DNA of 64,000 nucleotides from Oscillospiraceae bacterium (GTDB lineage Bacteria; Bacillota; Clostridia; Oscillospirales; UBA929): NCBI GenBank assembly GCA_031254195.1, contig JAIRUW010000009.1, positions 13,906 to 77,905 of the forward strand, read 5' to 3'. Shown piece by piece: positions 54,731 to 64,000 of this stretch (position 1 is its first letter; each line of letters starts with the position of its first letter). The notes under the pieces were generated by a model. It saw only the letters and a program-made list of their open reading frames with translations, ran no database searches and was not told where the DNA came from. The position numbers and the translations under genes were made by a program.

Positions 54731-55288
54731 CTAAAGTAAATATTTATCCATATCAAAATTTGCAAGAGGGGTTTCATACAACCTGAAACCTTCATATCTA
54801 TACAGCGGGTGGAGCGGGTGACCTTCTTTTGTTTTACCTAATGATACCCATTTGCAGCTATTAACAGCTGATATTTTAGCAATTTCACGCAAGCATTTCA
54901 TTAGGTAACTATGCCTGTTTATATTCGCTCCCCATGCTGCCCAAAGTCTCAGGTTGCCTTGTTGCAGAATATTTGCTATTTGAACTAAATTATTACTGTG
55001 TATATCAGTATCTATTGCCTTATGTAAATCGTTTGGATTGGTTGCTCTCTGAGGGTAGATATTTAACATAACCCAACCATCGAATCCGTTTATATGCGCA
55101 TACTTCTCTACTCTAATAAGTGTACTGTCTGGCAAATCCGGGCGCGCTTTACTTGGGTTAATACCAAAGCAAACAAGCGGATTTTTACCGCTTACCTGTC
55201 CAAGCACAAATCGAACGGATGAGTCATCTCCCCGGTACTCCCAAGTGTCCTTGTCGTACTCCTTTAGCCATGTTAATTTTGCAGCCAT
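54731..55288 (-). CDS. DUF1643 family protein
   Basis: RFVLG...CFGINPSKA...D.TL...GWVMLNIY...WAAWG...GHPLHPLY; markedly AT-rich. Confidence 0.85.
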   Translation of the reverse strand: MAAKLTWLKEYDKDTWEYRGDDSSVRFVLGQVSGKNPLVCFGINPSKARPDLPDSTLIRVEKYAHINGFDGWVMLNIYPQRATNPNDLHKAIDTDIHSNNLVQIANILQQGNLRLWAAWGANINRHSYLMKCLREIAKISAVNSCKWVSLGKTKEGHPLHPLYRYEGFRLYETPLANFDMDKYLL

Positions 55289-55385
55289 TTAGCTCATTCC
55301 CCCCCAATAGCATTTGACAGCACTAATTTGCATAATTCTGATGTCGCATGTTATCATACTTCCACATGAAACACAAGCGCACCCC

Positions 55386-55865
55386 TTAGAGCAAGCCCTC
55401 CCGCCACAGCCGTAATTTTTCCTCAAAACACATCCTCGCATTTGCCGGACTGCTGGATGGCAGCACATTCCGCTCAACTGCCCCTATCCCGCGCTTGTAA
55501 AATATATAAGCGTTGTTACCATTGAACAGAACCTTACGAATCCCATGCTCCATGATAAACTCCGGCAGAGCAGTGTTATAGATAATATTTCTGAGGTCAG
55601 TATCAAGCGCACCGTCAGCCTCGCACGAAGCGGCTACATCCCACAGCGCTATACTGTTTGTAAAAAGGACAGCCTTTTTCGCCTCATAATCAGGTTCGGC
55701 AAAATCCATGTCGAACACCCCAAACAAGAGCCGCCAGAACTGATTGCGCGGGTTGCCGTAGTATTCGCCCTTTTCCCGCGACAGCGGACTGGGGAATGTT
55801 CCGAGAATCAGAATCTTCGGCTTCTCCCCAACCAACGGAGGAAAAGCATGATATATTTCACCCAT
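55386..55865 (-). CDS. Uracil-DNA-glycosylase superfamily protein, hypoxanthine/deoxyinosine glycosylase (family 6)-like
   Basis: LILGTFPS, YYGNPRNQFW, IALWDV, LFNG, LPSSSPAN. Confidence 0.85.
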   Translation of the reverse strand: MGEIYHAFPPLVGEKPKILILGTFPSPLSREKGEYYGNPRNQFWRLLFGVFDMDFAEPDYEAKKAVLFTNSIALWDVAASCEADGALDTDLRNIIYNTALPEFIMEHGIRKVLFNGNNAYIFYKRGIGAVERNVLPSSSPANARMCFEEKLRLWREGLL

Positions 55866-55947
55866 ATTGTGAACAACTCCTTATATCGGGCTGCTTTTCT
55901 GATTATATCACAACCCCTCCGCGCATACTACCGCAGAGGTGATTGAT

Positions 55948-56061
55948 ATGCCGAAAAACAACAACTCGACAAATCCAAGACCGCAGGGAAAGCAAAGTAA
56001 AAACCAAACAGGAAAAAGGGACAGCACCCTTGCAAGCGGCAAGAAAGGCGATAAGAAATAG
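55948..56061 (+). CDS. 37-aa basic hydrophilic peptide MPKNNNSTNPRPQGKQSKNQTGKRDSTLASGKKGDKK
   Basis: Not in the ORF track; GAGGTGA RBS, CATACTA box at 55924-55930, terminator at 56066-56097. Confidence 0.6.
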   Translation: MPKNNNSTNPRPQGKQSKNQTGKRDSTLASGKKGDKK

Positions 56062-56065
56062 GCAC

Positions 56066-56097
56066 AGCAAAGGGACGGTTGATCCGCCCCTTTTGCT
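56066..56097. terminator. Terminator between the 37-aa ORF and the convergent peptidase
   Basis: AGCAAAGGGACGG / CCGCCCCTTTTGCT imperfect inverted repeat. Confidence 0.7.
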
Positions 56098-56171
56098 TAT
56101 GTACTAATCCCCGCAATTCTTTGTTCGGACACCGCTCACGGAGCTCTCAATCCCAACCCGCCCCGCTTCAT

Positions 56172-58718
56172 TTATCCGACAGTCAACGACTGAATCTCCG
56201 AGCGCGGTTTTTTGCCCGTTTCGGCTTTCCATATCAAAACCGTCGTCCCCGCGGTCACTTCCAAGTCCCTTTTGACCGAGATCAATCGAGCGGGATCGTC
56301 TCCGATTTGGACATAATGGTCTTTCTTCATTTTGATAATCTGCTTGCCGTCTTTCGTCACAGTCACCTTAAACTTCGGCTCTTTGCTAAAGTTGGCCGGC
56401 TTTATCTTAAATATCTTGCCCGTGGGGGTATAGACGCCGTCTTCCGCCGAGGCCGGGGTTCGGAAAAGGTAAGTCTCTTTTTTCTTGCCGGATAATATTT
56501 CCCCGCCGTCGCTCACATCAAACCTTTCCCAGCCGTCGGCGGGAGTTTTCTTATCGGTGGTGAGCACCCATTCATAAGTTGCCTTAGGGGCTGCCCCGGT
56601 CCTCGTCTTCAGTACCCACTCATCGCTCAGATAAAAGGGTTTGAGCTTCTCGAAGTTCGCTTTGGGGCGGGCCTTGATTTTAGGGAAAGTAATGATTCCC
56701 GAAGCCGTTTTTGACTTTTTATGATACCCCTGCGCGATGCGCAGAGTTATCTCTTTGTTAAAGAGCTTCTTAAACTTATCGCCTTGGGGCAGCTCCCCGG
56801 CTTTCCACTTCTTCCCGTCCAAGCTGTACGCGGCGACGATGATACCGTCAAGCTCGATGGTTTCGTTTTCGAGATCGATATACACACCTTCCCAGTCAGA
56901 AGGGACAATGACGCCGTCCGGTATCGCCCCCATGCTAATGACGGTCAAGTCGAATATCACCGTAGCACTTGCTTCCAGACTGCCGTCGGTATTCCTGCTG
57001 ATTGTGGCCGTTAACCTCACTGCCTCATCGTCTTTATCTTTATCCGGGCGGGTCACATTGCCGTCGTTGTCGATAACGTTTGAATTGCTCGAACTCCAGG
57101 AGATGGTTGTGCCGCTGGCGCCCGCCGTGATTAAATTCAGGTTTGACCTCACATTGTCGGTGGCTCTGTTGCTCCCGCGGATAGTCTCCCATGTCAGGCG
57201 GTCTTTCGCCCGCTCGACCGCGTCCCCGTTGGTCAGGTTGACCGACGGTTTGGTGACGGCCTTGATGTTGGCATTCCCGCCGCTCACAGCAACCCATGAG
57301 TTTCCATCGAAGGATGTATAACTCACATTGGGGATGCTGCTCCAGCCGGAAACAGCGCCTTGCATAGGGGCCTGCGCGCTCCCGCCCGTTACGGTATATT
57401 CGAGAATTATTGCAAACCGTTCGCCGATCTGTATTTCCTTGTTAAGGTTATATGTATACCACCCGGAATACATATAGCTCTGCGGAATTTCCGTAACTTT
57501 TTTGTCATCACTGATGTTCAGCGTGCCGGCGTATGAGATTTTGTGGTCATCACCGATGGTCAGCTCGCCGGTATAGTGGGGGACGACGTAAATGTTTACA
57601 CTGGTATTCGCGTCAGGGAGGAAGAATTTGATTTGCTCAAGATCCCCGTCATCGGCGGCCTCGCGTGTAAAAACATTGGCAGCGAATATGGTAGTTTTTT
57701 GGCTATTGTACATCCCTCTTGTGTAGCCATGCGGGTCGTACTCATAGATAATCGCGTCGGGATCATACTCCTGCACGCCGTCTACGACCCACGATGTGAT
57801 CGGCGCTTGGGTGTCTTCGTATGAGATCCAGAAAAACCCTCTTTCGGATGCTCCGGCGGGCCGAATGCCCCAATTGTTCCCCCAGCTGTTTTTAACGAGC
57901 CACGCGCCGTTGGTTTTCGGTTGACGGCCCGACCGAAAGTTTGCGCTCGAATAATTGTCGTCCCAGCCAACCAAGGTGACGGCGTGGTTTTGACCCCTGC
58001 TCCCGTTGTAACGGTAAGCGCCGGTAGCAGCATTATAGCTGCTTTCTTCCCAGTACATGGAACAGGCTACCACGCCATATTGTACGATGGCATTTTTGAG
58101 TGTGGTACGGTGCTCGGGGGTGCTGCTCTTATTGTCGCCGCTGAGGAACATGGTATTTTGAACGGTGTAATTTTTAGGCTTTTCGTTATTTGGTAAAGGC
58201 CGGGGTTGTATTTTCGCGCCGCTCAAGAAGGGTGTATACGGGTCGCTGATTTCCGCCACGGTGCCGCTCACAATGCCGCTGCGCATCAGGTAGGCCGAAA
58301 CGTACCCGCGGTGGCCGCCGTCGTCGGGCGCACGGTTGAAGCCCCGTGTGTTCCCCGACTTGTTGCTTGTGGAATGGGCTATATGCAGTTCCGACAGGTC
58401 TACAGAAATGGGGCCTGCGGCTGCGCGGATATTCGCCTCAATGGCCGCCGTGGCTGCAAATGTCCAGCATATGCCGTTTTGCGCTTGGTTGCGGACGCCG
58501 GAGACAGACGGGCTTATGTAAGACGAAGGTAATGTGCTGAAGGGCTGGAAGAAGGGGGTATCGGGTTCCTCCGGGTATGTAAGGGTATATTGTTCGGGGA
58601 TGACCCCGCTGACAAACGCGCTGTCCTCGTCCTCCGCCCGGGCAATACCACCCGGCAGCATACAGCATAGCGCCAGTAACAGACAGAGTAGTCTTATAAG
58701 TCTTTTCATCCTTATCAT
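56172..58718 (-). CDS. Secreted papain-family (C1A) cysteine peptidase with lectin-like, Ig-like and uncharacterised C-terminal domains
   Basis: Signal peptide; QAQNGICWTF (Gln, Cys), NHAVTLVGWDD (His), WLVKNSWG (Asn). Confidence 0.9.
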   Translation of the reverse strand: MIRMKRLIRLLCLLLALCCMLPGGIARAEDEDSAFVSGVIPEQYTLTYPEEPDTPFFQPFSTLPSSYISPSVSGVRNQAQNGICWTFAATAAIEANIRAAAGPISVDLSELHIAHSTSNKSGNTRGFNRAPDDGGHRGYVSAYLMRSGIVSGTVAEISDPYTPFLSGAKIQPRPLPNNEKPKNYTVQNTMFLSGDNKSSTPEHRTTLKNAIVQYGVVACSMYWEESSYNAATGAYRYNGSRGQNHAVTLVGWDDNYSSANFRSGRQPKTNGAWLVKNSWGNNWGIRPAGASERGFFWISYEDTQAPITSWVVDGVQEYDPDAIIYEYDPHGYTRGMYNSQKTTIFAANVFTREAADDGDLEQIKFFLPDANTSVNIYVVPHYTGELTIGDDHKISYAGTLNISDDKKVTEIPQSYMYSGWYTYNLNKEIQIGERFAIILEYTVTGGSAQAPMQGAVSGWSSIPNVSYTSFDGNSWVAVSGGNANIKAVTKPSVNLTNGDAVERAKDRLTWETIRGSNRATDNVRSNLNLITAGASGTTISWSSSNSNVIDNDGNVTRPDKDKDDEAVRLTATISRNTDGSLEASATVIFDLTVISMGAIPDGVIVPSDWEGVYIDLENETIELDGIIVAAYSLDGKKWKAGELPQGDKFKKLFNKEITLRIAQGYHKKSKTASGIITFPKIKARPKANFEKLKPFYLSDEWVLKTRTGAAPKATYEWVLTTDKKTPADGWERFDVSDGGEILSGKKKETYLFRTPASAEDGVYTPTGKIFKIKPANFSKEPKFKVTVTKDGKQIIKMKKDHYVQIGDDPARLISVKRDLEVTAGTTVLIWKAETGKKPRSEIQSLTVG

Positions 58719-58767
58719 CCTCCTCAGCGGGGTGACCGGTCATAATAAGAATAATCGGGGGAAGCGG

Positions 58768-58796
58768 TTGCCACATTATCCCCTCTATGCTATAAT
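58768..58796 (+). promoter_or_regulatory. Sigma-A promoter of the epimerase operon
   Basis: TTGCCA-17-TATAAT with extended TG. Confidence 0.7.
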
Positions 58797-58836
58797 AACA
58801 GAAACTATTGGAATAAGCAAGTGAGGGGCGCGATAT

Positions 58837-59979
58837 ATGAGCGGGCATCCGATAAAAGAGAGGGCTTTCCGCCTGCTGGACGGCATCATCCCCTTCTGGC
58901 AGGGCTTGCGCGACAGGGAACACGGCGGGTTCTACGGATTCATGGATATTGACCTGAAACTGAACAAAAAAGCGGACAAAGGCTGCATCCTCAACAGCCG
59001 TATCCTGTGGTTCTTCTCCGAAGCGGCAAGGACGCTCAAGCAGGACGGCCTGCTGGACGACGCCTCTCACGCCTACCGGTTTTTGTTGGAACACTGCCTT
59101 GACAAAGAGCACGGCGGCGTGTTTTGGTCGGTCACATATGACGGACAGCCCGCCGAAACGATCAAGCACACTTATAATCAGGCGTTCGCCGTCTACGCCC
59201 TTTCGGCGTATTATGAGGCGAGCGGCGACAAAAACGCCCTGACGCTGGCGGAGGAGCTGTTTGCCCTGATCGAGGATCGATGTACTGACGAGGGCGGGTA
59301 TCTGGAGGCGTTCGACCGCTCCTTCAGCCCCATTGAAAATGAAAAACTCTCCGAAAACGGCGTAACGGCTTACAGGACGATGAACACGCTGCTACATGTC
59401 TTTGAGGCGTACAGCGGGTTATACCGCGCCGCGAAAAGCCCTGTTGTCGCCGAAAAAATGCGCCGCATCCTTGATACATTCGAGCACAAGGTCTACAACC
59501 CCAAGCTAAAGCGGCAGGAAGTCTTTTTCGACAAGGATTGGAACAGCATCATCGACCTGACCTCCTACGGGCATGACATCGAATCCTCATGGCTGGTCGA
59601 ATGGGGCGCCTCCCTTCTGGGAGAGGATCGCGTCACGGTTATCTGTTCCGCGCTGGCCGAAAACGTCTATGACAAAGCCTTCCGCGAGAACTCACTGCGC
59701 AACGAATGTGAAAGCGGACGGGAAGATGAGCGGCGTATCTGGTGGGTACAGGCCGAGGCGGTCGTCGGGTTCCTCAATAAGGGATACCGTCAGGCGGCGG
59801 AGGGCATCCTGACATTCATAGAAGACAAAATGGTCGATAAGCGCCCCGGCTCCGAGTGGTTAAGCGAGGTCATGCCGGACGGCAGCCATACCGAGTGGCG
59901 CAAGCCTGTCGTGGAGGAATGGAAATGCCCCTACCACAACGGCAGAATGTGCCTAGAGATATTACGGAGGTATCCCTGA
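58837..59979 (+). CDS. Cellobiose 2-epimerase (AGE family)
   Basis: [53 protein letters not shown]. Confidence 0.9.
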   Translation: MSGHPIKERAFRLLDGIIPFWQGLRDREHGGFYGFMDIDLKLNKKADKGCILNSRILWFFSEAARTLKQDGLLDDASHAYRFLLEHCLDKEHGGVFWSVTYDGQPAETIKHTYNQAFAVYALSAYYEASGDKNALTLAEELFALIEDRCTDEGGYLEAFDRSFSPIENEKLSENGVTAYRTMNTLLHVFEAYSGLYRAAKSPVVAEKMRRILDTFEHKVYNPKLKRQEVFFDKDWNSIIDLTSYGHDIESSWLVEWGASLLGEDRVTVICSALAENVYDKAFRENSLRNECESGREDERRIWWVQAEAVVGFLNKGYRQAAEGILTFIEDKMVDKRPGSEWLSEVMPDGSHTEWRKPVVEEWKCPYHNGRMCLEILRRYP

Positions 59980-61163
59980 TGATCCATCCCGAATACCAAA
60001 AAATCAGCCGCCGGTACGAGCGCCTGATCCGCCGCCCCAACGTCCCCGCGCCTTATAACAACGGCATCCTGTCCCGTTGGCGGTACCCTGTGCTGACCGC
60101 CAGGCACATCCCGCCTTTTTGGACATATGACGTGCAACTGGAAACCAACCCGCTCCTTTTGGAGAGGCTGGGCGTCAACGCCGTGTTCAACGCGGGCGCG
60201 ATCAAGCTGGGCGGGATGTATTATCTCTGCGCCCGGGTCGAGGGAAGCGACCGCAAGTCCTTCTTCGCCATTGCGGAGAGCCGCCGCCCCACCGAGGGCT
60301 TCCGCTTTTGGGACAGGCCGGTCGTCCTGCCCGACACCGAGCCGGACGAGGTGAATGTCTACGATATGCGGCTGACCAGGCATCAGGACGGCTGGATCTA
60401 TGGCGTGTTTTGCTCGGAGAGCAAGGATAAGGAGAATCCGAATCTGTCGGCGGCAGTAGCCGCCGCCGGCATTGTCCGTACCAAAGACCTTAAATACTGG
60501 GAACGCCTGCCCAACCTTGTCACCGCCCGATCGCCGCAGCAGCGCAACGTAACGCTGTTCCCCCGCTTTGTAGACGGCAAATACGCCTTCCTCACCCGCC
60601 CGATGGACAGTTTCCTTGAAACGGGCAGCGGCGGCGGCATCGGTTTCGGCACCTGTGAGGACATCACCCGCCCTGTGATAGACAGAGAGCTGATTACCAG
60701 CGCCCGGCATTACCATACTATAACGGAGGAGAAAAACGGTGCGGGCGCCGTGCCCATCCGCACATCCCGCGGCTGGATTCACATCGCGCACGGGGTGCGC
60801 AACACCGCCGCCGGGCTGCGCTATGTGATTTACGCCTTTGCCACCGATTTGCATGAGCCGTGGCGCGTCGTCGCGGAGCCGGGCGGTTACCTGATCGCCC
60901 CGGCGGGCGGCGAACGGACAGGCGATGTGAGCAACGTGGTCTTTACCAACGGCGCTATCAACGATGCGGACGGGAATGTCTATATTTATTACGCCTCGTC
61001 CGATACCCGCCTGCATGTCGCCTCGACCACATTGGACCGCCTTATGGACTATGTATTTTTTACCCCACCCGACGCCTTGCGTTCGGCGGATTGCGTCAAG
61101 CAGCGCGTCACGCTGATCGACCATAACCTGACCGTTTTGGGCAAGGGGGAAGGCGCGGTATGA
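59979..61163 (+). CDS. 4-O-beta-D-mannosyl-D-glucose phosphorylase (GH130)
   Basis: [34 protein letters not shown]; ATG 59979 overlaps the epimerase stop. Confidence 0.9.
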   Translation: MIHPEYQKISRRYERLIRRPNVPAPYNNGILSRWRYPVLTARHIPPFWTYDVQLETNPLLLERLGVNAVFNAGAIKLGGMYYLCARVEGSDRKSFFAIAESRRPTEGFRFWDRPVVLPDTEPDEVNVYDMRLTRHQDGWIYGVFCSESKDKENPNLSAAVAAAGIVRTKDLKYWERLPNLVTARSPQQRNVTLFPRFVDGKYAFLTRPMDSFLETGSGGGIGFGTCEDITRPVIDRELITSARHYHTITEEKNGAGAVPIRTSRGWIHIAHGVRNTAAGLRYVIYAFATDLHEPWRVVAEPGGYLIAPAGGERTGDVSNVVFTNGAINDADGNVYIYYASSDTRLHVASTTLDRLMDYVFFTPPDALRSADCVKQRVTLIDHNLTVLGKGEGAV

Positions 61164-62671
61164 GCGGCCCGTTCCGTCCGGCGGCAGTCTTTTCCGATGG
61201 CATGGTCTTACAGCGTGAAAAACCCGTCCCTATATGGGGAACAGGGGCAGACGGCTCGGCCGTGACCGTGCGGATACGCGGTATTGAGGCGTCCGCCGCC
61301 GTTAAGGACGGCAAATGGCTTGTCACTCTGCCGCCGCAAGGGACAGGGGATCCGTGCTCCCTCACCGTAACCTGCGGGAATGACAGAGTTGATTATGAAA
61401 ACGTCCTGTTCGGCGATGTGTGGCTCGCGGGCGGTCAGAGCAATATGGAATGGCCGCTGATTGACGCGGACGGCGGCGAGGACGAGATCAAAGCGGCAAG
61501 AAACACCAATATCCGGCACTATATCGTCCCCAAATGCCCCTATTCCGACGGGCGGCTCATCGAAATGGAGCATGGCGCCCGCTGGACGCCCTGCGTCGGC
61601 GAGAGCGCGAAAGGCGTTTCAGCGGTAGCATACTGGTTCGCCAAGGAGGTCAATGCCCGGACGGGCGTCCCGATCGGCATTATCGGCTGCAACTGGGGCG
61701 GCACGTCGGCGGCGGCTTGGATAAGCCGGGAGGCTTTGGAACGTCTGGTCTCCGGGCGGCGCTATGTAGAAGAGTTTTACGAGAGGGTCGGGGATAAGAC
61801 CGACGGTCAATATGAAGCGGAGATCCGCGAGCACGACCGCAAATGGCGGGAGTGGAAAGACGCGTCCGACGCACTGCGAGCGGAGAACCCGGGTGTATCA
61901 TGGAAGGAAGTCGCTGCAAAATGCGGCGAGGCGCCGTGGCCTTATCCGGTAGGCCGCATGTCGCCGTTCCGCCCGAACGGATTGTATGAGACCATGCTTT
62001 CGCGGGTTTCGCCGTATGGCCTGAAAGGCTTTATATACTATCAGGGCGAAGAGGACTGGAGCCGCCACGCCGATTATTTCGACTGGATGTGCCTGCTGAT
62101 TGGCCAATGGCGATACGATTTCAAAGACGACGCCCTGCCGTTTTTCCTCACCCAGCTTCCGATGTATGACACCTCCGAAAACATAGCGAACGGGGCAAGC
62201 GGCGACCAATGGCCGCGGCTGCGCGAGGCGCAGGAGCGTGTATCGCGCTTTGTCAGGCAGTGCGGCATGGCTGTGACACTGGACTGCGGCGAGTTGGACA
62301 ATGTCCACCCGGCAAACAAGCGGCCGGTCGGGCACAGGCTGGCGTTGCAAGCGCTGAAGAAAACTTATGGCATGGATGTAGAAGCCGACGGGCCGCGCTA
62401 TCTGCGGTGCGAGCGGGCGGGGGACGGACTGTTGGTGATGTTTGATAAGCCCGTGACGTTGCGCGGCGGCCATTTGGGCGTGTTTGAAGCCGCCGGGGAA
62501 GACGGGGTATTTATGGCGGCGGAAGCGGCCGCGTCGGAGAATACACTGCGGGTTTCGGCGGCGGCGCTCACGGAGCCGTGCTCCGTCCGTTACGCGTGGC
62601 GGGCGTATTGCGGCGCGCCGCTCTTCGGGGAAAACGGTCTGCCTGCCGCGCCTTTTTGGGGGACGATATGA
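61160..62671 (+). CDS. Sialate O-acetylesterase-family (SGNH) carbohydrate esterase
   Basis: GGQSNME, NWGGT, YYQGE, DNVHP. Confidence 0.88.
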   Translation: MSGPFRPAAVFSDGMVLQREKPVPIWGTGADGSAVTVRIRGIEASAAVKDGKWLVTLPPQGTGDPCSLTVTCGNDRVDYENVLFGDVWLAGGQSNMEWPLIDADGGEDEIKAARNTNIRHYIVPKCPYSDGRLIEMEHGARWTPCVGESAKGVSAVAYWFAKEVNARTGVPIGIIGCNWGGTSAAAWISREALERLVSGRRYVEEFYERVGDKTDGQYEAEIREHDRKWREWKDASDALRAENPGVSWKEVAAKCGEAPWPYPVGRMSPFRPNGLYETMLSRVSPYGLKGFIYYQGEEDWSRHADYFDWMCLLIGQWRYDFKDDALPFFLTQLPMYDTSENIANGASGDQWPRLREAQERVSRFVRQCGMAVTLDCGELDNVHPANKRPVGHRLALQALKKTYGMDVEADGPRYLRCERAGDGLLVMFDKPVTLRGGHLGVFEAAGEDGVFMAAEAAASENTLRVSAAALTEPCSVRYAWRAYCGAPLFGENGLPAAPFWGTI

Positions 62672-64000
62672 AGAAGACAGGGTTTGACGCAAGCAAATAT
62701 CTGGTTTTGCAATCGGGCAAGATCGCCGAACGCATGAAGCAGTTTGGCGGCAAGCTCTATTTGGAATTCGGCGGGAAGCTGTTTGACGATACCCACGCGA
62801 GCCGCGTCCTGCCGGGGTTTGAGCCGAACAGCAAGGTACATATGCTGCAAACGCTGAAATCGGAGATCGAGGTCGTCATGGTCATCAACGCGGGCGACAT
62901 CGAGCAGAGTAAACGGCGGGGCGATTTGGGCATAACCTATGACCAGGAGGCTTTGCGCCTCATCGACGCGTTCCGCGCCGCCGGGCTGTATGTCGGTTCG
63001 GTCGTCGTCACGCATTATGAGGAGCAGGAGGCCGCCGTCCAGTTCATCGCGCGGCTCGACAGGCGGGGGGTCAGGACGTACCGGCATTTTTTGATCGACA
63101 ATTATCCCCATAATATCTCCCTTATCCTCAGCGACGAGGGGTTTGGCAAAAACGAGTACATAGAGACGGAGCGCCGCCTTGTGGTGGTCACGGCGCCGGG
63201 CGGGGGCAGCGGCAAGATGGCGGTCTGCCTGTCCCAGCTTTACCACGAAAACAAGCGGGGGTACGAGGTGGGATACGCCAAATATGAAACCTTCCCCGTC
63301 TGGAATCTGCCGCTCCAGCATCCTGTCAACTTAGCCTACGAGGCCGCCACCGCCGACCTGGGCGACTCCGTCATGCTTGACGCGTATCATCAGGTGGCTT
63401 ATAATGAAACAGCCGTCAGCTATAACCGCGATATGGAGACCTTCCCTGTCCTGCTCGACATGTTCAAGCATATCTTAGGCTCCTCTCCCTATAAAAGCCC
63501 GACCGATATGGGCGTGAATATGATCAGCCCCTGTATCACCGACGACGGCGCCGTGAGCGAAGCCGCCAGGCAGGAGGTCGTCCGCCGGTATTATGAGGCT
63601 CTTTGCGAACGGCGGCAAGGGCTTGGCGAGCAGGAAGCGGTTGACAGGCTTGAACTGCTGATGAGCAAGGTTGGGGTCACGACCGACGACCGCCCGGTCG
63701 TCAAGCAGGCGCTGGCCCGTTCCGAACAGACGGGCGGCGAGCCAGCCGTAGCGATCGAGCTGCCCGACGGGCGTATCGTCACCGGCAAGACCACCGACCT
63801 GCTGGGCGCGGCGTCGGCGGCGCTCCTCAACGCGCTGAAAGCCCTGGGGAATATCCCCAAAAAAGTCGCGCTGATCTCCCCGGACATCATCGAACCGATC
63901 CAGCACCTGAAAATCAACCATATGGGAAACAACAACCCGCGCCTGCATACCAACGAGATCCTGATCGCGCTGACTATTTGCGCCGGCAGCAGCCCCGAGG
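62668..64000 (+). CDS. DUF1846 family protein, 3' end outside the window
   Basis: Missing from the ORF track (no stop in window); KLYLEFGGKLFDD.HASRVLPGF, GSGKMAVCLSQLYHE, KYETFPVWNLPL.HPVNLAYEAATADL. Confidence 0.88.
   Translation, partial: MKKTGFDASKYLVLQSGKIAERMKQFGGKLYLEFGGKLFDDTHASRVLPGFEPNSKVHMLQTLKSEIEVVMVINAGDIEQSKRRGDLGITYDQEALRLIDAFRAAGLYVGSVVVTHYEEQEAAVQFIARLDRRGVRTYRHFLIDNYPHNISLILSDEGFGKNEYIETERRLVVVTAPGGGSGKMAVCLSQLYHENKRGYEVGYAKYETFPVWNLPLQHPVNLAYEAATADLGDSVMLDAYHQVAYNETAVSYNRDMETFPVLLDMFKHILGSSPYKSPTDMGVNMISPCITDDGAVSEAARQEVVRRYYEALCERRQGLGEQEAVDRLELLMSKVGVTTDDRPVVKQALARSEQTGGEPAVAIELPDGRIVTGKTTDLLGAASAALLNALKALGNIPKKVALISPDIIEPIQHLKINHMGNNNPRLHTNEILIALTICAGSSPE

Noticed and set aside
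55289-55477. 62-aa Cys-rich minus-strand ORF
   Set aside because: Overlaps the glycosylase 3' end out of frame, has no RBS, and the Cys richness follows from TGT/TGC in the intergenic sequence
59856-59978. Upstream extension of the GH130 ORF
   Set aside because: Overlaps the epimerase coding region; a coupled ATG at 59979 with GGAGG RBS is more plausible
1-64000. Frameshifted or pseudogenised core genes, transposases, rRNA
   Set aside because: All recognised genes read as intact ORFs with expected motifs; no DDE, tyrosine or serine recombinase motifs or rRNA-like sequence seen

Overview
GC-rich chromosomal window from a spore-forming, flagellated Firmicute (Clostridia-like; inferred from spoIIR, spoVT, sigma-A/F/G/28-type promoters and gene order). 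Left to right: split transketolase, DUF362 Fe-S protein, ispE, spoIIR, topB and two small genes; a signal-transduction region (HD-GYP response regulator, 71-aa protein, FIST/DUF6976-like protein, DAG-kinase-like protein, hybrid kinase; then XRE regulator, pyk, a [FeFe]-hydrogenase-like/MCP fusion, a stand-alone receiver and a second hybrid kinase); an unannotated type I toxin-antitoxin-like locus at about 22150-22460; DUF3788, GH9, DUF2461, tRNA-Ile2(CAT), NYN protein, mutS2; a ~19-kb minus-strand flagellar cluster (fliK to sigD plus two downstream genes); spoVT; an ABC transporter plus two-component module flanked by gene stubs; DUF1643 and a family-6-like DNA glycosylase; a 37-aa basic peptide; a secreted C1 cysteine peptidase; a mannan-catabolism trio (cellobiose 2-epimerase, GH130 phosphorylase, acetylesterase) and a partial DUF1846 gene. 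No CRISPR array, rRNA, transposase or integrase was seen. The strongest hidden element is the convergent-promoter locus encoding a 24-aa amphipathic peptide and an antisense RNA. All family assignments come from motif recognition by eye, not database searches.
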